DNA of 64,000 bases from an uncultured Chitinophagales bacterium (GTDB lineage Bacteria; Bacteroidota; Bacteroidia; Chitinophagales; JADIYW01): contig CAZBED010000004.1 in assembly GCA_964490845.1 (NCBI GenBank), positions 587-64,586 on the forward strand, read 5' to 3'. This document shows, in pieces, positions 55,777 to 64,000 of the stretch. Under the pieces are notes generated by a model. It did not search any database, was not told where the DNA came from, and worked only from the letters and a program-made list of their open reading frames with translations. Position 1 is the first letter of the stretch. Each line of letters begins with the position of its first letter. The translations under genes were made by a program, and so were the position numbers.

Positions 55777-56677
55777 AATAATCACTCGTTTTTACAAGCT
55801 GGAAGAGGATGTACTATATCTGTATGATTTCCGGATTTTCGATAAGATAGTCGGAATCTTTTCCATTATATGGACATTTTATATTGTCTGGATGTACCAA
55901 ACTGTTTTGTTGGCGCGGCCGGAAAGCCTGTATATGCCTATTTATTGGTTTCAAAAGGTTTTTATGCCCACGCTGCCGCAGCCTGTTTATTTTTATACTG
56001 TTGTCACACTTACAATCCTTTTACTAATACTAAATTATTTTCGGCAGCGTGTATTCCATCGCATCCTGTTGTTTTTCCTGATACTCTGGCTGAATGCCTT
56101 AAAATGGAATTACAATTTCGCTTCGCATGTCGGGCATATTTTTGTGCTCACCTATTTCTTTTCAATTTTTCTGAATTTTGACAAAGTTGAGAATGATGTA
56201 AAAGGAAAAGCGGTTGCGGCTCACTGGTTTCATGCCGGTATTTTATTGACGTACACTCTGGCAGGAGTATGGAAATTCATAGGCCTGTTTTATAAGCTGT
56301 TTATAGAAACACAAAAGATGAGCTGGCTGAATGAGCATGCGATTGAACTGAACGCCATCGTCAGCAAACGCATACACGATGAATTTCCGTCGTCCTTGAT
56401 TCTTAAACTATATGCCATTCCTTATATTTGGGAAATACTGACAATTTGTATTTTTTTTATTCAACTCTTTTCCATCATGGGAGCATTGAATAAAAGGTTG
56501 TCTTACTTTTTTCTGGCCGGGTTGATTATTTTTCATTTATACAATTCCGTACTAAACAATACAGATTTTTATGTAGCTATTATCACGCTAATTATTCTCT
56601 TCTTTCCCTACCACAGATTCAGATATGTTTTTGATATCTTTCTAACGAAGAATACCAATGATAATAATGCTGTCTGA
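55760..56677 (+). CDS. polytopic membrane protein, possibly HTTM-like
   Basis: About 7 hydrophobic helices. The FRIFDKIVGIFSII N-terminal helix loosely resembles HTTM-domain proteins. No firm motif. Confidence 0.45.
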   Translation: MKFINRIITRFYKLEEDVLYLYDFRIFDKIVGIFSIIWTFYIVWMYQTVLLARPESLYMPIYWFQKVFMPTLPQPVYFYTVVTLTILLLILNYFRQRVFHRILLFFLILWLNALKWNYNFASHVGHIFVLTYFFSIFLNFDKVENDVKGKAVAAHWFHAGILLTYTLAGVWKFIGLFYKLFIETQKMSWLNEHAIELNAIVSKRIHDEFPSSLILKLYAIPYIWEILTICIFFIQLFSIMGALNKRLSYFFLAGLIIFHLYNSVLNNTDFYVAIITLIILFFPYHRFRYVFDIFLTKNTNDNNAV

Positions 56678-56678
56678 A

Positions 56679-58163
56679 TTAATTTTTCTTAATCAGTTTT
56701 TGTACCACAGAAAACTCATCAGTGTAACATTTTACGGCATATAATCCGTCTGACAAAGACTGAATATTAATAAAGTGTTCAGCGGTATTCTTTTTCACCT
56801 GAGTTGTCAAAACAACTTTTCCGGCAACATCAACTATATCAATAGTAACCACTTTATTGAATGATTTATCAAAGTGAACAGACAACGTACCCGAAGCAGG
56901 ATTAGGGAAAATGGAAATACCCAAGTCTTTCATTCTCGGATTATAAACAGAGGAGATAACAGGCTCCGCTTCTCTTTTTACAATAATGCCTGCACGTCTG
57001 GTCAATAAGTTGTAGCGCATCATATTTACCTGCTGTTTTGTAAATAAATTATAGCACAAGTCTGTAGAATAATCCATGTAGTTCTCATACATATCAGGAT
57101 AATCTCTGCCTAAATAAGGTTTATTACACGAATTGACGGTGGAATCACAGGGATTCAGAGTCCCTCTTGGAATATTGGCAGCAAATGCTTCAGCTTCTTC
57201 AGGAGTGTCATCCATAAAATCATCTACTGTACACCCGTCCGTTACCGGCAATCCGGGCAGGTTTACTACGTTACCCCATTGATGCTGCAATCCAAAGTAG
57301 TGGCCAACTTCATGTACCGTAGTTCTGCCGGCAGCATAAAAATCCCTGAACCGTTGAGAGGTAGAATCCAGAGCATACCAGTTGTTTTGGCCAAAAAATC
57401 TGAAGTCTATAACGATCCCGTCATTCTTACCATGATCCAGCGCCAAACCGCCCCAGTTGATGGCATTGGATGGGGGGTAGGCAAATCCGCCTAAAGCACC
57501 GCAGGTGTCACACAAGGTCAGACAGGTACGGCATTTTCTGTTTGCGTAGTTCAAATCACAAACGTAGATATTCAGGTATTTGGATGCCGGCCATGGAGAC
57601 TTTCCGGTTGAGCCGGTTAATAAGAAGAAGTCTTCTTTCAGTGGTTCAATGCCTAATGCCGTCCATATTAAGGTACTGAGCGGATCCCATCCTGACAGGT
57701 TTCCTAAGTTTCCCTGAGTTCTGGTAATACCAGTTGTATTTTGCCCGCCGGGCGTTTTTTTAGCCAGTTCAAACTTTATCTTCGCTTTCCCCCTGAATGG
57801 GATAAAATATGGACGAAGATTTATACTGTCGGCATTGAGTAAGTTATAATCCCGGTTCAACGCTTCAATTTGTGATTGCACTACATTGTCCGGAATATTC
57901 TCGTACTTATTATTTCCTAAATAAACAACATGCACCACCACCTGAACGGTGTAAACAGAATCTGTGGTAACCAAAGATGTATCATAGGCTGCAATATCAT
58001 TAACAGCGCCGGATATTTGTTCCAAATAGGTGGTTCTGAGCGCGGCATTATTCAGGATGTCATGTTGAATAACATCGTCTAAAGCGCATTTTCTGGTTTC
58101 CTGAGCATGGGAGAGTAATATAAAGGATAGAAAGAGCCCAAACAGAGCAATAAAATTTTTCAT
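56679..58163 (-). CDS. M43 (pappalysin/cytophagalysin-like) zinc metalloprotease with T9SS C-terminal sorting domain
   Basis: Signal peptide; extended zinc motif HEVGHYFGLQH; C-terminal IFPNPASGTLSV...IVDVAGKVV...DGLYAVKC. Confidence 0.8.
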   Translation of the reverse strand: MKNFIALFGLFLSFILLSHAQETRKCALDDVIQHDILNNAALRTTYLEQISGAVNDIAAYDTSLVTTDSVYTVQVVVHVVYLGNNKYENIPDNVVQSQIEALNRDYNLLNADSINLRPYFIPFRGKAKIKFELAKKTPGGQNTTGITRTQGNLGNLSGWDPLSTLIWTALGIEPLKEDFFLLTGSTGKSPWPASKYLNIYVCDLNYANRKCRTCLTLCDTCGALGGFAYPPSNAINWGGLALDHGKNDGIVIDFRFFGQNNWYALDSTSQRFRDFYAAGRTTVHEVGHYFGLQHQWGNVVNLPGLPVTDGCTVDDFMDDTPEEAEAFAANIPRGTLNPCDSTVNSCNKPYLGRDYPDMYENYMDYSTDLCYNLFTKQQVNMMRYNLLTRRAGIIVKREAEPVISSVYNPRMKDLGISIFPNPASGTLSVHFDKSFNKVVTIDIVDVAGKVVLTTQVKKNTAEHFINIQSLSDGLYAVKCYTDEFSVVQKLIKKN

Positions 58164-58179
58164 ATCTGTTGCGTTTGCG

Positions 58180-58187
58180 CAAAGATA
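58180..58187 (-). promoter_or_regulatory. candidate -7 box TATCTTTG for M43 protease gene
   Basis: Exact consensus match on the minus strand, 16 nt before ATG 58163. Confidence 0.4.
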
Positions 58188-58200
58188 AAACTTTTACCTG

Positions 58201-58779
58201 TTAATTTAAGATAGGATCTTCAGGAAATGTGGATAACAATTTGTTCTTACCGCCCATTTTTACTAAAACTTCCTGCCACATATACTCGCTCATTTTGAAG
58301 ATTTCCGGGTAGTTTTTGGAAACAATCCAGCTTTCATCCTGCATCTCCTCATTTAGCTGTCCGGCGTCCCAGCCGGCATACCCTGCGAAGAAACGGATAT
58401 TATGCGGCATAATCTTTTTCTTCCGGATAAGCAGTTTGAGTTGTTCAAAATTGCCATTCCAGTATATATTATCCTTGATAGGGAAGGAATTCTCTATCAG
58501 GTCGCCGTAAGCGTGAATAAAATTCAGGCGATCCATTCCTACAGGGCCTCCGTAATGTACCATACCCTGAAAAGCGGGAAAATCCTGAATCATTTCGTTT
58601 ATGCGGAAAATGGAGGGGCGGTTCAGCACCAGGCCTATCGTTCCTTCCGTATTGTGCTCGCATACCAGCGTAACCGTTCTTTTAAAACTCGGGTCTTTCA
58701 TAAACGGCTCTGCTATCAGTAAATCTCCTTTTTCTACATTATAATCTTTTGCCATATCATTCTCGTTTTCTGTTACCAT
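58201..58779 (-). CDS. YqgE/AlgH family protein (UPF0301)
   Basis: Motifs LLIAEPFMKDP.F.RTV and FAGYAGWDAGQLNEE. The start may be the Met at 58755. Confidence 0.8.
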   Translation of the reverse strand: MVTENENDMAKDYNVEKGDLLIAEPFMKDPSFKRTVTLVCEHNTEGTIGLVLNRPSIFRINEMIQDFPAFQGMVHYGGPVGMDRLNFIHAYGDLIENSFPIKDNIYWNGNFEQLKLLIRKKKIMPHNIRFFAGYAGWDAGQLNEEMQDESWIVSKNYPEIFKMSEYMWQEVLVKMGGKNKLLSTFPEDPILN

Positions 58780-60044
58780 CTGTTCAGTATCGAATTAATA
58801 TGTTTTACCGCTATCAGCCTGTCATACCGTTCGCCAAAGGAATTGTAGTACAGCAGAATTGTGTAGTCATTTTCGGTATCCATATAATATCCTTCCGTTA
58901 TAAACTGATCAGTTATACCTTGTTTTTCATCCTTAAACAAATAACTATAGTTGTAGGTTCCTTGTTTCAGTAAAATATTGGCGGAATAGCTTTTATCCAG
59001 ATTGTCATACGTCATTTTAGAAGATTCATCACACCGCCAGTCGTTGAATGCTCCCACTACATAAAAATCACCATTGGATACTGTTCCGCCGAAATCAAAC
59101 GTAAAATGAACATTGGCATAGTCGGCAGCGGTATTGTAAGATGGATTATCCAGATTGTCGATATAGTACTGTCCGTTCAAATCTTTAACTATCTGGTATT
59201 TATTTTGCGGCTGTGGTTTTTCAAACAACAGGTATACATCATTTTCATCATCTCTTAAATCAAATGCTCGAATATTCTGTCCGCGAAAACGCAGTGAGCG
59301 CATGTCGAAAAAGCGAAATTCCCTGCCGGCAGTAGGAAAGGTGAGTACGCCGTTCAGATCAAAATTTAATTCATTCATGCCGATAAATTGCGGGCGAATG
59401 TCCAGTTTGGCATTATCCCATCGATAGTTTTGCAGCACGGCAGCTTTTATTTCAATATTGGGGTTATCAATTTTGAAACCCTTATAATTCACCCTAAAAA
59501 CTACTTCCTGGTACTTATCCCTGTTAATCAGGCTTCTCGGATAAACCACTCCGGCATCTATCATCACTTTTGATTCGGCTACCATGAAACGACGGGTAAA
59601 AATGGGATTGTCCTTATTAGAATCATAAACAACAAGGACATAATTGCCGGATTCATTAACGTTCATGTCATAATTTGGAAATTCCAGTTTATAATGTACA
59701 TACGGAATTTTTGCCCCGTTTGAGTAATCATAATCTGAAATATTCGCTTCGGTGAATCCATCCACATATTCCATTATATTCATAGTGGTAGGAGTCCAGT
59801 TACTGTTGCACTGAATGACGGTATAATAGTAATTCTTAGGCTTTCCGGATAAATCATCAAAATGCAGTTCCAGTTTTTCATTTTGGTCTTTGTAGAGGAT
59901 GGGCATGGCCATGTCAGCTCCAGCCGGAAATAACTGAACGGTTTTTATATAGGGAACAAATACCTGATTTTCGTACACAATAGCCTGGATTTTCATACTC
60001 CATAGCAGACACAACAGCAAAACGGCTTTTCGACTTTTCATCAA
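58773..60044 (-). CDS. secreted DUF5103-like protein (candidate T9SS plug-family protein)
   Basis: Signal peptide. N-terminal IKTVQLFP...LELHFDDL...YYYTVIQCNSNWTPT matches my recollection of the DUF5103 / T9SS_plug_1st family. Not verified. Confidence 0.45.
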   Translation of the reverse strand: MMKSRKAVLLLCLLWSMKIQAIVYENQVFVPYIKTVQLFPAGADMAMPILYKDQNEKLELHFDDLSGKPKNYYYTVIQCNSNWTPTTMNIMEYVDGFTEANISDYDYSNGAKIPYVHYKLEFPNYDMNVNESGNYVLVVYDSNKDNPIFTRRFMVAESKVMIDAGVVYPRSLINRDKYQEVVFRVNYKGFKIDNPNIEIKAAVLQNYRWDNAKLDIRPQFIGMNELNFDLNGVLTFPTAGREFRFFDMRSLRFRGQNIRAFDLRDDENDVYLLFEKPQPQNKYQIVKDLNGQYYIDNLDNPSYNTAADYANVHFTFDFGGTVSNGDFYVVGAFNDWRCDESSKMTYDNLDKSYSANILLKQGTYNYSYLFKDEKQGITDQFITEGYYMDTENDYTILLYYNSFGERYDRLIAVKHINSILNRW

Positions 60045-60159
60045 TCAATTATAGCAAATATCTTTCCAAAATTCAACTTCTTCTGTTTGTATTGAAAAAA
60101 TAAGCTGAAAAGTAAGACGGAAGGTATTTGGTGAACTGAATTTAACAAAAAGTAAATTG

Positions 60160-60167
60160 TAATTTTG
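60160..60167 (+). promoter_or_regulatory. candidate -7 box TAATTTTG, 4 nt before ATG 60172 (leaderless architecture)
   Basis: Exact consensus match. Confidence 0.45.
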
Positions 60168-60171
60168 CTTC

Positions 60172-61128
60172 ATGGAATTCCGGAAAATTATTCAAATTTC
60201 TGCATCGCCGTTTCAAATCAATCATCAGGATGAATTAATGCTGATGGGTTCCTGCTTCACAGAAAATATAGGCGGAAAATTAACCTATTACGGATTCAAT
60301 AGCGTCAGTAATCCGTTTGGAATTATCTATAATCCAGTTTCTATTTTCCATAATCTGAGTTCTGCCATCCAAAGCAAGAAGTATATAGAAAGCGACTTGT
60401 TAATGCGGAATGACCTGTATATCTCATTGGATCATCATGGAAAATATGCTGATACCGATAAAGGACGCTTGCTGCATACCATCAATTCAGGAATGGAACA
60501 GGTTCATCAATGTTTCACAACTGCCAAGTATATTGTTTTTTCGCCGGGTACTTCGTTTGTTTATCAGCACAAAGCTTCCGGTAAGATTGCCGCCAATTGT
60601 CATAAACTTCCGAACTCCCATTTTGAAAAGAAACTGCTGACCATAGATGAAATTAAAGCTGCATTCAACACAATTAAACCACATTTGGCAGACAAGACAG
60701 TAATTTTCACTGTTTCACCGGTTCGACACTGGCGTGACGGCGCCGTGCAAAACCAAAGGAGCAAAAGCATACTAATAGAGAGTATACATCAGATAATAGC
60801 TGAAAATGACAATTGCTCTTATTTTCCATCATATGAAATCATGATGGATGAGTTGAGGGATTACAGGTTTTATGAAGAAGATATGCTCCACCCTAATAAA
60901 ACGGCGGTGAACTATATATGGGAACGTTTCTGTCAGACTTATTTTGATGAACTGACGATGGAAATACTGGACCAGATCCATAAACTCCAACTTATGATAC
61001 AGCACAGAATAAAACATTCTAATACAGCAGAACGGGAAGAGTTTGAAAATCAGAAACAGCTTCAGATAGCAGCTTTTAAAAAGAACTATCCGGCTATCAA
61101 TATTGATTTCACTCTTTCAGCAGAATAG
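60172..61128 (+). CDS. GSCFA family protein
   Basis: N-terminal MLMGSCFTENIG (GSCFA-type motif), about 318 aa, SGNH-like layout. Confidence 0.7.
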   Translation: MEFRKIIQISASPFQINHQDELMLMGSCFTENIGGKLTYYGFNSVSNPFGIIYNPVSIFHNLSSAIQSKKYIESDLLMRNDLYISLDHHGKYADTDKGRLLHTINSGMEQVHQCFTTAKYIVFSPGTSFVYQHKASGKIAANCHKLPNSHFEKKLLTIDEIKAAFNTIKPHLADKTVIFTVSPVRHWRDGAVQNQRSKSILIESIHQIIAENDNCSYFPSYEIMMDELRDYRFYEEDMLHPNKTAVNYIWERFCQTYFDELTMEILDQIHKLQLMIQHRIKHSNTAEREEFENQKQLQIAAFKKNYPAINIDFTLSAE

Positions 61129-62890
61129 GAAATTCCATATGCAACCTGAAATTCCAGGCATTGAGCAGGTTTATCTGAAATTTGCCGTTTAACAAGTCAA
61201 TAACTGATATGATGGATTTAATATTCTCATCCTGAGTGTTCATATTTCCTCCCGTATGTTGCACGCGAATCTGCGTTTCATTAATTGAAGGTATGACATA
61301 AATGCTGATTGTCAGTTGTTCCGGTTTATGTGCTGAAAAATACTGTATCAGGTATCTGATAATATCATAAATCAGATGTTGTGAAACAGGGGACAGGTTT
61401 TCAGGAATATTAAAATTATATTGCAGTGGAATATTATGCTGTATTTTATACTCTTCGAGCAGGTCTTTTAACGCCACCTGTACACCGAATTTTTTCAGGG
61501 TAGGGGGAAGAAGTGTATGCGAAAACAGCCTTATTTTATCACAAACCGCATCTATTTCCTTAGTGATTTTTCTGATCTCCAAGTCAGTATCATTCGTCTT
61601 TACGGCAGACATTTTCATTTTCACGGCAGACATCATAATGCCGATTCCGTCATGCAGTTCACGTCCTACACGGGCACGTTCATTTTGCTGGCCTTCTATT
61701 AAATAGAAATTATTGTGTGAATTGATTAAGCTCATTTCTTTTTTCAGGTGATCATTGCTTTTTATAATTTTCAACACACGATAGACGGAGGATATACAAA
61801 TTATAGTGGCTATAAAGAATGCGTTGCTGTAGGTATATATTTGCCCGATGTAGACACCCCGTACATCGCTGCCAAACTCCGGTTGTGGATAAAACAGGAA
61901 AAAATTAAACGACACGGAGTAAATCATACTGAATAGAACGATGGATTTGTCGTTGGTATTAAAATATACGATTATGAAAGTAACGATAACAGTAGTGATG
62001 CAGACAATTACAAAAATATTCTGAATAAAAATAAAGATTCTTTGCGCAGGTGTGCTGAATAATCCTGCAACGAGAGAAATCAGTACAAAAAACAAACCAA
62101 AATATATAAAATAACGCAACCTGTTATAAAATACTGGCAGATCCACCTTGTTTTTTATAAATCCTCTTAGAAATAAAATAGAGGTTATTAAATAAATAGA
62201 TAACATGATTTTCTTGAAAAAATAATCTACCGTCGGATAATCAGGCCATAAGAGTTCATATCCCAAATTGTTTTTAATAAATAGATAAAAGATTCCTGAA
62301 ATCAAATACAACAGATAATAATAGTATTTACGGACATTGAGCAGATAGGTCAGAATAAAACAAATAAAGGTAAACAAAATCAGAATACCGTAAAACACGC
62401 CACGGGTGAGTTCTAACGCCTGCATTCTATTGAGTTTGGCTTCCTTTTTCCATACCAGTATCATTGGCTTTATCAGATTGTGAATATCGTCTTTATGAAA
62501 ATTCAGAACGATAATGTTGAGTTGCTGCGGTTTTATTTCAAACTGGAAAACGATATTCCTGTCGTAATAAATACGTTGGCTTAGTTTTTTGGAAACAAAC
62601 ACATAGCGTTGCAATATACTGTCGTTTACTAACTGCATTAACGATATTTTCTCAATCTGCTGGATGGGAATTTCCAGCAATATTTCCTGTTTGGCCGGAT
62701 GGGTGTTCAGTAATTTCAGTTCATACTTTACCGAGTCCTGTGTTTCGGTGATGAATAAATACCTGGATGCCGGTTTGCAACGCATGGATTTATTGATGAT
62801 AAAGATACTGTCTTCTTCCGCAGATGAAGTCTGCGTGATAAACAGAAATATCAGCCCCCAAATAATTCTTATGTGAGTTAATCTGCTCAA
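61109..62890 (-). CDS. 7TMR-DISM-type membrane sensor kinase with intact HisKA_3 H-box but degenerate ATP-binding domain
   Basis: TTG start; signal peptide plus periplasmic domain; 7 TM helices; H-box NERARVGRELHDGIG. N, G1 and G2 boxes are absent from the aligned C-terminal domain. Confidence 0.8.
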   Translation of the reverse strand: MSRLTHIRIIWGLIFLFITQTSSAEEDSIFIINKSMRCKPASRYLFITETQDSVKYELKLLNTHPAKQEILLEIPIQQIEKISLMQLVNDSILQRYVFVSKKLSQRIYYDRNIVFQFEIKPQQLNIIVLNFHKDDIHNLIKPMILVWKKEAKLNRMQALELTRGVFYGILILFTFICFILTYLLNVRKYYYYLLYLISGIFYLFIKNNLGYELLWPDYPTVDYFFKKIMLSIYLITSILFLRGFIKNKVDLPVFYNRLRYFIYFGLFFVLISLVAGLFSTPAQRIFIFIQNIFVIVCITTVIVTFIIVYFNTNDKSIVLFSMIYSVSFNFFLFYPQPEFGSDVRGVYIGQIYTYSNAFFIATIICISSVYRVLKIIKSNDHLKKEMSLINSHNNFYLIEGQQNERARVGRELHDGIGIMMSAVKMKMSAVKTNDTDLEIRKITKEIDAVCDKIRLFSHTLLPPTLKKFGVQVALKDLLEEYKIQHNIPLQYNFNIPENLSPVSQHLIYDIIRYLIQYFSAHKPEQLTISIYVIPSINETQIRVQHTGGNMNTQDENIKSIISVIDLLNGKFQINLLNAWNFRLHMEFPILLKE

Positions 62891-63960
62891 CTAATATCTT
62901 TTAGTAATAAAATTAAATGTATGGTGGAACCAAACTTTTCATCGGACAAAATATAAAAATGGCCGTTTAAACTATTCATCCTGGATTCTATGTTCATCAT
63001 CCCGATTCCTGATTTTTTTGCTGCTAATCCGGAAAATCCTATTCCGTTATCACTTATTTTTATCTGCAATGATTTATTATCCCGTATAGCGGAAATATTA
63101 ACCAAATCAGCCTTTGAGTGTTTTATAATATTATTGGAAACTTCCTGAATAATGCGGTACAGGTTGATATTGGCAACGGCATTCAACTGCATATTGTCCG
63201 GTATCCTGCTAAAATCATAATTTACCTCAAGTGAGGAAAATAATTTATCGGTGGCGGTAAGAATCAATTCGGTTAATTTCATCTTCTGCATATCGGGCGC
63301 AACATAATTGCTGGTGATGTTTTTTATGTCCTCCAGTGTGGTATTAATTTCCTTCAATACCAAAGGAATAATTTTGGTATCCGGCTGCTGCTGGTTTAAT
63401 TGCAATAAATCTTTTTTTATCCTGTCGATATCTTTAGATATCCCGCTTTCGATAGATGACGTGATTTTCTCCCGTTCATCTTCCTGCCCAAGCACGAAAG
63501 TATTGATGTTTCTTTTTTGCAGAAAATCCAGCCTTTTTGCGGATATACTATTCTGCCGAATGAGGTTGTGGTAATTGACAGACATGAAAACGGTTACCAG
63601 AAACATCTCAAACATGGTGATATAGTAGCAGTTTTGCGGTATAAACAAATTACTCGAAAAAAGCTGAAACTTGTTGAAGCCATTGAGAAACGGAAGCATG
63701 GCATATTCATTATTTATAAATAACAACCAGTTAATAAAATGAAGGATACTTCCGGCGGTTACCCAGATAATTTCTCTTCTTCTTGCGATGATATATGTAT
63801 TGACACCAAGTATAATTACCATTATGCCGTAAAAGATAAAGACGGCGTATATGAATCGCTGATTCCAGTTGGATTGTATGTTGTCATAGCTTTGGTTGTA
63901 AAACTGAATGAGAAAGAAAATACCAAATAACACCAATCCGGCAATGATAAACTTCAGCAT
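62887..63960 (-). CDS. membrane sensor-kinase paralog with intact HATPase_c but no phospho-acceptor His
   Basis: Multi-TM N-terminus. DHp-like EDEREKITSSIESGISKD has Glu at the His position. N box IIQEVSNNIIKHS, G1 ISDNGIGF and G2 SGIGMMNIESR are present. The frame stays open upstream to the window edge, so the start is provisional. Confidence 0.75.
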   Translation of the reverse strand: MLKFIIAGLVLFGIFFLIQFYNQSYDNIQSNWNQRFIYAVFIFYGIMVIILGVNTYIIARRREIIWVTAGSILHFINWLLFINNEYAMLPFLNGFNKFQLFSSNLFIPQNCYYITMFEMFLVTVFMSVNYHNLIRQNSISAKRLDFLQKRNINTFVLGQEDEREKITSSIESGISKDIDRIKKDLLQLNQQQPDTKIIPLVLKEINTTLEDIKNITSNYVAPDMQKMKLTELILTATDKLFSSLEVNYDFSRIPDNMQLNAVANINLYRIIQEVSNNIIKHSKADLVNISAIRDNKSLQIKISDNGIGFSGLAAKKSGIGMMNIESRMNSLNGHFYILSDEKFGSTIHLILLLKDIS

Positions 63961-64000
63961 CCATCCGGAAAAATTATTTTTAAACTGTACAGCAAAAAAT

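Noticed and set aside
58174-58183. 10-bp perfect palindrome TTTGCGCAAA upstream of the M43 protease gene
   Set aside because: A 10-bp palindrome needs only 5 matched pairs, so dozens are expected by chance in this window. It also partly overlaps the candidate -7 box, so no separate function is needed.
1-64000. Search by eye for CRISPR arrays, rRNA/tRNA genes, integrases or transposases, reverse transcriptases, toxin-antitoxin pairs and known defence-system hallmarks
   Set aside because: I found no regularly spaced short repeats, no tRNA-like T-arm/acceptor pattern (the only GGTTCGA-like string, at 11481, is part of a terminator stem), and no recombinase, reverse-transcriptase or nuclease-ATPase defence genes. 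Absence is based on manual reading only. tRNAscan-SE, Infernal and a defence-system HMM scan should confirm it.

Overview
This is a densely coded 64-kb chromosomal window from a low-GC member of Bacteroidota (roughly 40% GC by eye). The phylum call rests on four points: four secreted proteins carry type-A T9SS C-terminal sorting domains; many genes have TAnnTTTG -7 promoter boxes; the arginine cluster has a Bacteroides-type N-succinylornithine carbamoyltransferase; and the primary sigma factor is short (289 aa). I call about 52 protein-coding genes under the standard code, one of them a frameshifted pseudogene. I recognised no rRNA, tRNA or CRISPR array.

Housekeeping blocks:
- argF'-argD-argC, ffh, a long-form gap and rpoD.
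- phoD-dinB, trmN6, htrA, and dapF-corA-AI-2E transporter (overlapping stops and starts).
- fmt, then a GltD-like/ferredoxin fusion followed by korA-korB.
- A bacilliredoxin gene next to a suf operon (sufB, sufC, sufD, sufS, sufE, sufT-like).
- An acyl-CoA carboxyltransferase, two divergent phosphoesterases, an M42 peptidase, a photolyase and YqgE/AlgH.

Accessory content:
- A 9.3-kb gene encodes a 3095-aa T9SS adhesin-like protein.
- Two further secreted-protein genes are bracketed by two paralogous ExxH-motif 'metal-dependent hydrolase' genes.
- There is also an M43 T9SS metalloprotease, a candidate T9SS plug (DUF5103-like) gene and an uncharacterised two-gene membrane cassette.

Most noteworthy observations:
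1. Two translationally coupled paralogous sensor kinases have complementary degeneracy. One keeps the phospho-acceptor His but has lost the ATP-binding boxes. The other keeps the ATP-binding boxes but has Glu in place of the His. This suggests an obligate split or heteromeric kinase.
2. The suf operon is interrupted by two ORFs of classes I associate with 23S-rRNA intervening sequences. One is a four-helix-bundle gene. The other is a frameshifted GxxExxY gene. Each is bracketed by inverted repeats.
3. The giant gene contains a 2 x 1155-bp tandem unit. A 589-bp core of this unit is 100% identical between copies and visibly GC-richer than its flanks.
4. Several genes have a TAnnTTTG box only 4-8 nt from the ATG, which implies leaderless mRNAs.

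All functional calls come from reading motifs by eye. No database search was possible.
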